Positions 25,220-37,470 of a stretch of 64,000 nt of DNA are shown here, piece after piece. Position 1 is the first letter of the stretch; every line of letters starts with the position of its first letter. Origin of the DNA: Octopus bimaculoides (lineage: Eukaryota); the NCBI RefSeq assembly GCF_001194135.2, contig NC_068996.1:30137486-30201485 (forward strand), in the 5' to 3' direction. The notes beneath the pieces were generated by a model. The model saw only the letters and a list, made by a program, of their open reading frames with translations, did no database searches and was not told where the DNA came from. Made by a program: the position numbers and the translations under genes.

Positions 25220-25545
25220 ATTGGTTGTGTGGTAAGAAGTTTGCTTCCCAGCCACCTGGTTCCAGGTTCAGTCTCATTGTGTAACACCTTAGGCAAGTGT
25301 CTTCTACTAGAGCCCCAGGCTGACCAAAGCTATGTAAGTGGATTTGGTAGACAGAAACTGAAAAAAGCCTGTCGTGTGTGTCTTTGTGTTTATGTCCCCG
25401 TAACTTAGTTCAGCAAAAGAGGCTGATAGAATAAGTACCAGGCTTAAGATAAAAATAAGTATAGGGGTCTCAACTAAAATTCTTCAAGTGGTGCTCCAGC
25501 ATGACCACAGTCTAATGACTGGAACAAATAAAAGATGAAAGATAT
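25220..25545 (+). mobile_element. tRNA-derived SINE (family 1)
   Basis: tggtaagaagtttgcttcccagccacctggttccaggttcagtc...ctggaacaaataaaaga. Confidence 0.8.
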
Positions 25546-26612
25546 TAAAGTATTATATGTAAAGCATCTCAACTAGAATAACTTATTTCTCCTTTTTAAT
25601 TTTGAATTACATCTATTTATTCTAGATATTATTTCTAATTCACTAACACATTTTAATATTACTATCATATCTCATTTGAGCACAACCTCAAGATAGTATG
25701 TTATATTGGTCATATAATAATTTTATAAGTCTGTTTTCCGCCTATCTTATCTCTCTTTTACATACCAAAGTTGTTGCTTATCAAAGCCTAAATTCTTTAA
25801 ATTTCTTTTTGTTGTTAGAAATTCTGTCTATTGTGCTATCAGTTTAGTTTTACAGGCAATTATTCTCATAGTATACTTATTACAACCATTACAGCTTAAA
25901 TTTTTTCAGGTATGCCTGGTTAATTCACTCATTTCAATGAAAAAAAAATCATTGATTAGTGAAGTGTATCATTGTTTTATTCTGTCATAGAATAAGCAAT
26001 CTTCTTTTAGAATAAATTCCATCAAAATCTTTGTTTGATCTGCAAATCCTGATGGTGTAACAAGCAGTGTGTCTTGGGCATATGAGCTTGTCAAAACTTA
26101 TCCCTCTCCAGATCTGATCACAGCCATTTTTCTCTAGAAAGAGAGTAAAAGAGCCTTTTTTCAAATAGAGTTTGTATAAACTTTAAGGCTTGAAGACTTT
26201 GTATATAATTTAGGGCTTGAAAACTAAATCTCTGTGAGTGAAAGGAGAAAGAGAAAGTTAAATGACAACAGATCACTTTTGACATTTTTTTTTTAATCTG
26301 AGAAACTTTTAGTGATGAAGATAAAAATTACATTAATGTACTATACTTTCCTTCATTGTATTTATTGCCTATTGTGTGTGCCCATGCAAAATTTGCATGA
26401 ACATATGATATGCAAAAACAAAAGACATTTCAGCTACATCATCATCATCACAAAAATTTAATAAATCATTTAAAGCAGAGACATGGTGATATTAAGCAAA
26501 TATTAACTTATCTTTTAAAAGGAAAGCTGTTATATATATACATTAATAATCGAGTGAATTCTTTTAATATTTTATATTAGTTCTCTAACCTTAATCTTTT
26601 CCTTTTCAACAG

Positions 26613-26742
26613 TTGAAAGATACTAAAACACAAGATGGATCCATGACATTGTTACATTTTATTGCACAAATTATACAAGATGATTATCCAGAATTAGAAA
26701 AGTTTGGAGATGATCTCACATATATAGAGAAGGCATCGAAAT
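26613..26742 (+). CDS. DIAPH: Formin exon E (130 bp): LKDTKTQDGSMTLLHFIAQ...YIEKASK
   Basis: Acceptor ttttcaacag| and donor |gtaaat; contains the conserved Lys (LKDTK, equivalent to mDia1 K994). Confidence 0.96.
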
Positions 26743-27642
26743 GTAAATATGAGTGATTAAACTTCTTTTAACAAAACTATGAAGTTGCTTGAAATTTAAA
26801 TTAAGAAGCATTCCTTGATATTACTTTTCACATAGTTATTATTCAGCAATTAGCACATTTATTGATTTTATTATGTGTGCAAGATAATGGAATGCTGAAA
26901 AGTTCCTGGCTTTAAGGGTCTCGGGAGAGGCTTGGTTGGAGGCTCAACCTTCTGAGTTCCTTTACAGAGCTTAGAAAAACTGAAGGACCACTGTAATAAG
27001 TATGTGAATCTGAGAGGGGAATATGTTAAATAAAATCATAATTAACTGATCTCCTGTATTTTCTTTTTCCCAAAGCCAGGAACTTTTCAGCACCCTCTCA
27101 TATCATCGTCATCATCATCATATTATGTTCTCTTTCCATGTTAGCATGGGTTAATAATTGATATTGCATTATAATTCACATTTCATTTGCTATTAGGTGT
27201 ACATTAATTTTATATTTTATTAGTCAAACATAATGACTTATACAAGTTGTGTATTTACAAATATAAACTAAAGCATGCTTTTAGAATTTGATACAGTAGT
27301 TACATATGGAATGTGCTATGAATGTTAAATAGGAATATTTTAAGAAACACTAGTACAAGATTTTAGCTCTTAACGAACTGAGTATGATTCTCTTTAGTTT
27401 TTCTGTTAGCTATTGTTGATGTTTTTAAGGTAAATATAATCCACTACATTATATTTCCCCTTCTGTATATACCTACAGCCCTTCTGTTTTATAATAATGT
27501 AAATTAATATTAAAAAACAATAGGATATTTGAATACACAGTTTAAATGTATGAGATAGAATTTATGTTTACAAAAAATGCATTCAATTCTGTCTATTTTT
27601 TCAAATCATTTACTACTGTGATTGATGTTTCTTTTTGTTTAG

Positions 27643-27767
27643 CTTCTGATGAACAATTACAAAAGAACTTGAAAGCCTTTAAAAAGAATTTGAACCAACT
27701 GGAAATAGATTTAAAAAATGCTGCTAATTCAAAGCTTCAAGGAGATAAATTTGTAGAAAAACTTGAA
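27643..27767 (+). CDS. DIAPH: Formin exon F (125 bp): (S)SDEQLQKNLKAF...DKFVEKLE
   Basis: Acceptor tgtttag|; ends at the U12 donor |ATATCCTTT; aligns to Dia SAENLQKNL...DKFVEKM. Confidence 0.93.
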
Positions 27768-27889
27768 ATATCCTTTGGAAAGTAAATGTTTATGTAGTGA
27801 ATTATATATATTATATATATATTTATGTTATCAATGTTAGACGAATGAAAATGGAGTGCTCAAGGCATGTCATAGAAGATAGTTTTTTT

Positions 27890-28230
27890 TTAATAAAACA
27901 TTAGCTGAGAGTTTGTTTCATGAAGTTTCATGCCAATGCAATCATCAGGCAAAATCAGTAAGATTTATACATCAATTGATGTGTGCAGGTGATCTGGTAT
28001 TTTAGTTATTTCATTGGTTGTATGCTGTATCTTTGGTGTGGTGTTTATATTTCATGAAATTGTAGGTGGAGGATGTTATTAATTAACTTGTGTATGGTAA
28101 GTTGCCTCCAAAGCAGCTGGTGACCATTTCCTTAATGTGCAGAGGAATATAGTAGTCATCAAGGGCTGCATATATGAGGGCATGAGGAATTGATCCATAT
28201 GCATTTACCAGATCTAGCCAGACCACTGTC
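27890..28230 (-). mobile_element. Decayed PLE 3' end inside the U12 intron
   Basis: The - strand has cCTGATGAttgcattggcatGAAAC, a hammerhead-like motif at ~27924-27949. Confidence 0.45.
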
Positions 28231-28379
28231 AAGTCACCTTTGCTTCTCTTTGTCTCCTGGATCAGCTATATATATATGTATATATGTATGTCTGTTTGTA
28301 TTTGTATGTGTATATATGTATTTTGGATTTGTGTTTGAATGTGTGTGTATATATGTGTATGTAAATATAGTTCAAATTT

Positions 28380-29313
28380 ATAGGAAACAAAAGACAAAGA
28401 CAGGTGAAGAAACAACAAGCAGGTTTATTAGTTTAATGCTTGGGAAGAATGGAAAAGTCTTTGATGTTTCGAGCCTATGCTCTTCATCAGTAAGAGGAAA
28501 AAATGGAGAGAGAGAAAATGTGTAGGAATTAACAGTTCAACCTGATGAAATGACTGAAAGAAAGAAGCTGAGTGAACAGGAGATAATAATGGTGGCCCAT
28601 GTTTGTGTATGTAAGAATGCTGTTTGTGAATGGGAGCGAGCGCATGTGAATGTATATGTGGGTGAACTTAAAACTGTGTGGGCCTGTGTATGTGTATAAG
28701 TAACCTAGTGCATATATTGTGTTGAGTGATGTGCTTTTTGTGTATGTGTGTGAGGCTATCATGTATGTGCACATGTGCAAACATTTGTGTAGCAGTTAAT
28801 GTGTGCTTGTTCACGTGGTGTGTGGGTGACCCTATAGTATGTATTGTGTGTGTTTATGTGAAAAACTTGTATGTGCGTTGTGTGCATGTCTATATTATGT
28901 GTTCAGGCATGTTATGTGCATTGTGTGTGTTTTTAAGAGTGAATATTGTGTTGTGGGGGAATGCATAGAAGCATGAAGTGGGATATGGGTGATGAGTTAG
29001 GGGTTGGGAGGTATTGGGTGCTAGTGTGTGAATGCATATGAATGTGCACAATGGTGTGTGGTGTGGATACTGAGTTGAACAGTGTGCAGGGGTGTTTATG
29101 TAGTGGTGTGTGTGAAGAGAGTACTGGCGAGCATGTGTGGGTATGCACATAATGGTGTGTGATGTGATGAGGATACTTGGGTGCTAGTACCTGTGGAGTA
29201 GGAAGGTGTGTGAATGCATGTGAGTATGTGGGTGTGTGCATAATGGTGTGGGTATGAGTATTAAGTTGAACAGTGTATGGGTGTTTGTATAATGGTGTGT
29301 GTGGTGAGGGGCA
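28380..29313 (-). mobile_element. PLE 3' tail/pseudo-LTR (GT-rich), related to 43600-44330
   Basis: The hammerhead and flanking sequence match the 44160-44330 pLTR and the decayed copy at 48380-48510. Confidence 0.7.
28457..28495 (-). ncRNA. Type I hammerhead ribozyme motif
   Basis: tctta-CTGATGA-a-GAGC(atag)GCTC-GAAA-CATC-aaaga; intact core and stem II. Confidence 0.75.
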
Positions 29314-29319
29314 GTGCCT

Positions 29320-29645
29320 AAAACATCGATCAAAGAATATAAGTAGTGATCATGATACACACCACAAAGAAATGATCAAGCTCAGTAGCAATCTATTAAG
29401 CAACAACTACCCCCAAAAGCATACTCTCCACTCCAATTAAGAAGAAAAGAGAGGATGAAATCAATAAACTGTTCACAGTCTGCCTAACCTATTTGAAAGG
29501 CCTCTCCGCAAAGATACAAAAGATATGCGGCCCATATGACATCAGGACAGTATTCAAGAGTAATACGACACTTCGCAAATATCTCCTTCGAGTAAAACCA
29601 CCAATAGAAGAGAATATGACCAAAGACTGCCTGTACTCCATCCCA
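29320..29645 (+). mobile_element. Penelope/Poseidon-type PLE fragment (RT thumb to endonuclease linker)
   Basis: TVCLTYLKGLSAKIQKICGPYDIRTVFKSNTTLRKYLLRVKPPIEENMTKDCLYSIP. Confidence 0.8.
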
Positions 29646-29836
29646 ATATTTTCAACAAGATGTTAAGAGTTAAGCTCTGTTGGGTATTGGGTGTCACTCT
29701 CCTGGCATTTTTTCTACTTATTAATTCTGTTTGTAATAAACTTGCCAGTGTTTAAAAATATTTACTTTTTTATGTATGATAGAGCAATTATTTTTATTTG
29801 TGTACTAAATATATTATTTCTTAACAAAGTTTTTAC

Positions 29837-30001
29837 CCGTTCCTGGATGATGCCAAAACTCAGTATGATGTATTGAACACTATGTATAAACAGATGGATA
29901 TGAAATACACAGAACTTGCAAATTATTTTACTTTTGATAGGAAAAAATATTCATCTGAAGAATTTTTTCATGACATAAAGGAATTTCAAAGTAGTTTTGA
30001 T
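29837..30001 (+). CDS. DIAPH: Formin exon G (165 bp): PFLDDAKTQYDVLNTMYKQ...EEFFHDIKEFQSSFD
   Basis: AC acceptor and donor |gtatgt; matches Dia YFLFDPKKLSVEEFFMDL. Confidence 0.94.
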
Positions 30002-31509
30002 GTATGTTATATTTTTTCATTTTTTAAAACTGCTTTTGAAAATATTTTAAAAGAATTGCATTTTTATGATCAATCATAACATTTATTTAAAAAAGTTTGT
30101 AGGTTGGCTTAGATTACTGGTTGTAGTCATTTCTAATTCAGCTAAATACCCTCACAATTCTTACCTATACCGCCACTAAAAACGTTATAAATTTTATTAT
30201 ATACTGGAGAAACTAGTCCATTTAATATGTTCACTTCTTTGCAATGACAGTAAACAACTTATTAAAACAAATATTAAGAAAATTGGATTAAGTATTGAGT
30301 TGAACAGTGTATGGGTGTTTGTATAATGGTGTGTGTGGTGAGGGGCACTTGAACCACATTCTTAGCAATAATGCATAGACAAAATCAATGCTATTTTTCT
30401 ATTACAATATGAAAACTTGTTAAAAAGAAATTTTGATCATCCCCATTTTGTGAAGTACTCTCTTGGTGTGTGCCATTTCTTATCATGTTTAAGAAATGAT
30501 GACACCTTATCAAGACACGTTCAGATCATTGTGTTGAGAAGTATAACATTGATTTGGCGCATATAAAGTTTGAAGTACATTGCGGCAAAATTTTGTGTAA
30601 GGAAAAAAACTTTTCTTCATAGTAGTTAATTAATTGATGGATCTGTTACATTTGCAATCAAGCGGCATGAACATGGACAGATAGAAACAAAGGGTATGGT
30701 AAAATAGAAGTCCTGAAGAGTTTTGTATAGAAAAGGAAAAGATAGAATAGATAGATAACTTTCTTTTGAACGTGGTAGAATATTGAAGTGTAACATTTTG
30801 TTTGAGAGTACCTCTTCATTGTAGGTGTATGACAGTATAAGTAGTAATACATGTTCCCTCAAACTTTTAGTAAACAGTGTGTGCAAAAGTATGTGTCCAC
30901 TGAATTGTTAATTACTACATTACTTTTGGCAACTATGTTTTCTGCATGCATAAATTTCTTTTGTGTGCCAGTTGCAGAACATATGTGCACGAACAATGCT
31001 TTTAATCTTTTGGTGGCTTTGTATAGTGGTTACCCAGCTTATTTCATAATGTGAAACAGATGAGAGAAAAATCTTATCCTTGGATAGAATGCCGGACTAT
31101 TTCAGAAAACTTTCCAAGATCTAGATAAGTTCTGCTTGTTTAAAATTTTTTCCCAGTTCCTTAAGTCAGTAAGGCTGAACACCTGTTAATTAGGAATACT
31201 TTCATAAGAAAATGTTTGGCAGTTGAAACCATTTACATATAATAGATTTATATTATTATTTTTGCTCCTTTTTACAAAAAGTTCCTTATAGTTGATATTT
31301 CTATTTTAGAATGAAATTAATATTTAAATTATGTAATGTTTTCTGTCTGATCATTGACAACTGTAATTTTATATGCAAAGGAGACAGAAAGTAGGTATAT
31401 GTTTTGGTTGTGTTAAATGTCATCATTTTCAGTTTTTGACATACTATGTTTAATCTTTCATTGTTCTTTTTGTTTTCCATCCACCCATTTTAAATTTCCT
31501 AACTTATAG

Positions 31510-31645
31510 CACGCTTTGAAGGAAAACAAGCAACAAAAAGAAACACTTGCAAACATAGCACGAGCAAAAGAAGCTAAAGAAGCCCGAGAACGAGAACGAA
31601 AAGAAAAGTTACAACGGCAAAAGCAATTTATGGATGTTAATGCAG
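31510..31645 (+). CDS. DIAPH: Formin exon H (136 bp): HALKENKQQKETLANIARAKEAKEARERERKEKLQRQKQFMDVNA
   Basis: Acceptor cttatag| and donor |gtttgt; end of FH2 coiled coil, matching Dia AVKEN...QLIDMNA. Confidence 0.94.
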
Positions 31646-32328
31646 GTTTGTTTTGTAAATTTATTTTTACTGTTCTCAGTCAGGTTTAAATTATGTAAAC
31701 ACTGTTTTTAATCATACTACCAGAATAGATTATTATCATCAATACCATAAGGGTAATATGATTCTTTACGCATTTTAAATCAAGTGACTTTTAAATACAA
31801 AATGATTTATATTTCATGCCCTTTATAATGCCATAGTTCTATCAATTTAAAACAATTTTTTTGTATTGATTTATAAGGGAGAATATTTATGCCAAATGGA
31901 GCAGTGAATTTTGAATTTGGATTCACTGCCCATCCTATGCCAACTTCTCAACTGTAAATTGAGCAGAATATGTCCGTCAAACAAGCTAAAACAAACAAAT
32001 TTGTACCTGTCTAGTCTAGAGCATGATTTTTACCTAGAGCCATGCTCTGGGTAAGGTAGGTCCAGATTAATCATGCAAATTTTGTTGGTATTCACATCAT
32101 TCTTGTAGATTAGAAAGTACTGATAGACTCAGAATCTTAGAAGTGTTTTGAAATTATCTTCAAGGCAACAACTCTTAAGTTTAATTACTTATACTTCTAA
32201 AATTTTTTATAAGTTCTATAACCACAAGACACTATAAGTCAGGATGGAAGTAATCAATTTAAACATCTCAAATTCCTTATAAAATATTCTGAACAAATTG
32301 TTGCAAAATGTCTATATATTTCCTTCAG

Positions 32329-32442
32329 ATGAACCAAATCATGGAGTTGTTGATAATCTCTTGGAGGCACTAACAAGTGGTTCAGCTTTTAATATGAACC
32401 GAGAAAAGCGAGAAGGAAAACGGCGAGTTCCACGGCCAGGAG
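32329..32442 (+). CDS. DIAPH: Formin exon I (114 bp), DAD: (D)EPNHGVVDNLLEALTSGSAFNMNREKREGKRRVPRPG
   Basis: Acceptor ccttcag| and donor |gtaatt; DAD core followed by a basic stretch. Confidence 0.96.
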
Positions 32443-33434
32443 GTAATTTGTTTCCATTTCTTGTACCTATGGTTATATTTTAGATTTTTTTTTTTTTTTT
32501 GTGATTGTAAAACAGAGAGAGTAATATTAAGGAATTATGTGTACTCATAAAAAAAAATAATAGTAATGAATATCCATTCACTCAAAATTCTACATGATGT
32601 GTAAGACCTCAAAAAATTTTGTTTAAGCCCTTAGTAAATTATAATACTCTATTCGTCTCAGAGATTCTAGATTGGAAAATGGTTTCATTGCACTTGGAAT
32701 AGAAAAATAGATTTTTTTCCCTCTGGACACTAGCTTAACATAATGTCTATTTTGTTAAGAGAGAAAGAGACAATATTAAACTGTAACTTGTACATAATTG
32801 CCTTTTTTAACCATTGTTTTAGGTTCATTTTGTCTGAAGATCTTATGAGTGACATAATGTTACATGTTGAACAATTGTTTCTTTGGATAGGTGTCCTTCC
32901 TATTGTTAATCTTTATTTATGCCAGAAACTTATTAGACTGAGTCAAGCATAGTTATGTGAGTTGATCGAAGACTTATAACAATGTCTATGCAGTCAGATT
33001 TGAACTCGTAACCTAATGCTCAGTCACACAGCATATTAACTGCATAATGATGGTGCACCTTAAAAAACGTAATGGTAACTGGTGTGTATGACATTTAAAC
33101 AGTTTATCTCTTTAGATAAGTATATCTGTAATATATACTTTTAATAGCTTTTTGGATTATCCTAAGTACTGAATAAGATGTTGATGCATTGATATAGAAC
33201 TATCTTTTATGAGCTGCTAAGTGTATTGGTCATTTTAAACTTCATCCTGGTTGAAACTTCATACATTCCTTAAATTTATAAAAAAAATAATTGATTTATG
33301 AATGTCTTTTTTTCTAAAATCCTTGGTGAGATGTTATTTTATATTTTCAAATTTTTGCTTCCTTTTATGACACTTTTTTATTTATTCATTTGACTATATA
33401 TTTTTTATCTATTTGCAATTTTCCCCCCTCATAG

Positions 33435-33541
33435 ACAGACCATCTTTACTTTCAAGATCCAGGCGTCAGGGTCGTTGTTCAGCTATGGTTACTAAGATAA
33501 CTGATACTGAGGTGAAAAATAAGACCAATTTCTATGCATGA
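33435..33541 (+). CDS. DIAPH: Putative alternative (proximal) terminal exon: (D)RPSLLSRSRRQGRCSAMVTKITDTEVKNKTNFYA*
   Basis: Strong acceptor ttttcccccctcatag|; phase-1 compatible with exon I; open for 35 codons; LLSRSRR resembles the QLSRSRSR motif of Dia tails. Confidence 0.65.
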
Positions 33542-33560
33542 AATGGCATTGTTGTTGCAG

Positions 33561-33610
<50 letters not shown>

Positions 33611-34999
33611 CACAGTCATATATATATATATATATATTGTTGTTGCACAGTCATATAATTTATTTTCCTTGTTCTTATTCTTTTGCTTGTTTTACATTAT
33701 TTTTTGTTAATGTCCCATATTTTAATCTTTCATATTCATTTTTCTTAGGAGTTTTTTTGTTTTGTATTATGTTATAGATTGAGCTTGATGGTCTTATCTC
33801 CAATCACTGTGTTGGGGAAGAACAGCACTTGTGAGGTTTTCTAGGTTACAAACCTTCATCATGTTATATAGATTTTTTTTAGAGAATGTCTTTCTCACAG
33901 TGTAAATTCCTTGTGAATGCAAGTCAAAACAACTAAAGAAGAGATTATATATAGGAGAGAAAGAGAAAGGGGTGGAGTGTATGAGAGAGAGAGAGAATGA
34001 GTGAGTGATACTCAATAGAAGATGCAAATCTAAATCAAATTCATTTGAAGAGATAAAGAATTTAAGGTGAATTTCAATATCATTTTAATTGGCTGATTAC
34101 AATAATACTTGCTTGGAACTAGTCAAACTAAATGTAAATTGAAGTAGAAAAAGATTAGTGGATGGTAACTAGCTCACATTTTTTTATATATACTCATCTA
34201 AAATAAGAGAAGGAAGTGTACAGAGGTACTTGTAAAGAGATTAAATAAAACAGGAAAATGTACTTAGGTTTCAATTGAGAGTATTAGATTTCACAGATGC
34301 AATGACAGACCTATAACACTTGGTATATGCTGTATTTCTAGTATAAAAATTGATAAGAGTGTAAATGAGAACTTCAATTGTCATTTTGTTAAATTTGCAG
34401 TACTAACTCGCATCAATTTGCATGAATGTTTGAACCAGTTATTAACAAACTCTCACTACAATTTTGTTTTTAGTTTATTATATCTTCCATTGCTTCATAA
34501 TTTTTATATATGTAATGAAGTATATGTGTAAGCATTTCTTAGAATGAATAAGACAGTACTTTACCTTTATAGATTAACTGAGAAAAATATAATTGTTTGA
34601 ATATTATAGGTCAATTTATAACACATAAGTCACAGTATGTGACTAATTGTTTAATTTGTAGACAGTTTGAGAGACTGTGAAGCTTGATGTACAGCTTTTT
34701 CATTTTGGTACAAAAGGAGAGTGGATTTGAACTGGCTGTGTCTGTAATGGAGATTGAGGTAGTCACTATGTTTATATCTGAATAACAAGTTGTATATACA
34801 TTAATGTTTGCTCCTATATTTTCTGTGTCCATGTTTTTGAGTACTCTACCTGAAAAACAATACATTGTGCATACATTTATGTATATCTGTGTGTTTGTTT
34901 GTGTTTGAGTACTCTTAAATGTAAGTGAATGAAATCAATATTTGTCATCAACATATTACTTATGTTTTCCATACTGGATTGAGTTGGGTGGATTGTCAC

Positions 35000-37320
35000 A
35001 GTCAGAGTGAATTCTTATTTAGAGTTCCTACACTCTTAGATTGGTTAGTGGACCATATCACTCATATGCTTAAATTTTGGATATGGCTTCTATGACTGGA
35101 TTGCCTTCCTGTCATGAGTCACTTTACTCAATGTACTGGGTGTATTATATTGTGGTGCGAACATAAGAGAGATTGTCATGCATTGCCTCCAATCATTCAA
35201 AGCAGCTTGAATAAGAGAGAGATCGAGGGAATTATTGGAGGAAACAGTGATTGGAGTCCTAGAACGAAAGAGGAGAGAGTGATAGAAGAGGGACAGTGTT
35301 GGAAGAGAGGCTGTAATGGTATCTACGTGTTTCTTGATGAGAAAGAAAGATTAAGTGATGAATGACCTGGTTGATAGCCCAGAAGAGTGATGTTAAGGTA
35401 CAGTGAATATGAACAGATCTAATGCTATGAGTCATACATATGCATTTTTGTGAGAGAGGAAGAGATGTATAGCATGGTCGTTGAATATACACGAGTCACT
35501 CTCTGTACTGGCAGCTCAGTACAGTGATTAGAAGAAAAGGCAGTTGGAAGCAGAGTGAGCAAAGACAAGCTCCAGTGCCATTTCCACTTACATGTGTAAC
35601 ATAGTGCAGTGAATAGGAAAGAGGACGAATGGAGGGAGTGCAAGTCATGGGGAATGTCTGAAAGGGCTGAGTATTGGAAATAAATAAATGAGAGATGAGA
35701 TGATATCAGAGAGGTGAGATGGCAGTAGGTGAAGGCATAACAATGATGTATTAGACAAGAGACCCAAATATACGTATATCTTCATGTCCACTTTTCAATG
35801 CTTGCATGGGTCAAATGGTGAGAATAGTGTAGAAAGAGATGATAATGAAAATGAAAGACAGTTGTTAATTGAAAGTTGTTCTAGAAAGAGGAGGTACATG
35901 GTAGTGCAAAGAATGGTCAGGTATGAAATATGTACCAATTCTACTCTCAAGTGATTACAGCAGGTGAGTAGTACCAGATAGAAGAGTAATGGAGGGATGA
36001 ATGTTAGAGAGATGAGATGTAGGGAATGCTTGACTGGGCAAGATGGGTGCAGGTGTAGGGCCTAATACATACAAGCATAACAAAATGCTTCAAGGACCTC
36101 ACTTTTGTCATCATGGACAGGTTCCCTCAAGCACAGTAAATCACCAATTATTTCAGTCCTTCTCATCTCCACCATGAAGTTCAATATCATGAGATCAGCT
36201 TTTACAACTTCATCTTCCTGGGTCTTCTTTCACAAGTTCCATGCACTTTAAGAAACCAACTGCATCTTTATGAAGCTGTCCTCATCCAAAGCATCACATA
36301 ACCAAACCAATGCAGTTGTGTTTCTTAGATACTACCTCTGATTCTTCTTATGCATAATTTTTTTCTCAATATATTAGCACTTGTTTTATATGCATACTGA
36401 CATTGCATTTTCAGTGGGGCATACTAGCTTCACATCCTCTGTATTCAGGGCCCATGTCTCACTACCATGTAGCATTGCTGCATGCACATAAGTATCATAC
36501 AATTAGCCTTTCACTCAGAGAGAGAGAGGGAGAGAGACCTTTCAACACCAACAAAAGTAATAACACTGAGCTTTATCCTATTCTTATTCTATCAACTATA
36601 CTTTCAAAACATCCTCATCCACTACTAATTAGGTCATCTAGGTAACAGAAACCATCTATTACCTTTAGGGAGCCTCCAGGACATTCAAGAAAGTACATTT
36701 CTCAAATGTCTTTAGTGTTTATTGCTCCTGCACATCTGCAAACAAATGCTACTTTCTCCATTAACCTTCATGTGATTCCATTACTCCTCTTGTGTACCCA
36801 TAACTTGCACTGGATACACAATATAGAATTCTTGACTACAGCTCTCCTGAGTATCAAGCAGGGGCATTCACTTGATGGAAATAGTCCCGTTTGTTTTCCT
36901 ACTTACTAGAACTCTGGTCTTTGCAAACTTAAGTTTGAGACCCTTTGATTCCCGATTTTGCTTCCAACCTGTAATTCTACTACAGATTTGACTATGAGAA
37001 TGAGGTTGTCAGTATATAGCAGTTCCCAGGAGCAGCAGTTCTTAAATTTTTATATAATATCCTAGAGGACAATCATGAATAAGAAGGGACTGAGAACCAA
37101 GCCCTGGTAAACTCTTGTTTGTATTCTAAATTCATTGCTCTGCTCATGGCTAACTCTCACTTTACAGGCAGTACTCCATTCATGACTTGTGTGGCTTTCA
37201 TGAGCCATTCATCTATCCCTAGTTTCGTTAGAGACAACCAGATCACAGAGTGAAGGTTTCTGTTAATGATTTTCTCCAGGTCAACAAGTGCTAAGTACAG
37301 TGGTTTACTTTAACTTAGTA
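35000..37320 (-). mobile_element. Decayed RTE-clade LINE (RT + 3' tail)
   Basis: Similar to 23112-23431 and 41260-42340; many stops and frameshifts. Confidence 0.55.
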
Positions 37321-37470
37321 CTTCTCCTGAAAGTAAACCATTCAAATATAGATGGATGTGTTACCATATATATGTTTATGTAATATACTTATATGTATTA
37401 TATATACAATTTGTTTGTACGTGTGCATGAGTGTGTGTGTTCATGTCTCTTTCTCTTCCCATTATACAGT

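Larger units (their letters stand above)
27768..29836 (+). other. U12-type (minor spliceosome) AT-AC intron, 2069 bp
   Basis: 5' splice site ATATCCTTT (27768-27776), branch sequence TTTCTTAAC (29817-29825) and AC acceptor (29835-29836). Splicing joins EKLE|PFLDDAK in frame with no indel relative to Dia EKMTSFVKDAQ. Confidence 0.95.

Noticed and set aside
26581-26612. U12-like branch sequence (TTCTCTAAC/CCTTAAT) before exon E
   Set aside because: The matching donor at 25153 is GTATGTAA, not RTATCCTT, so this is a U2 intron.
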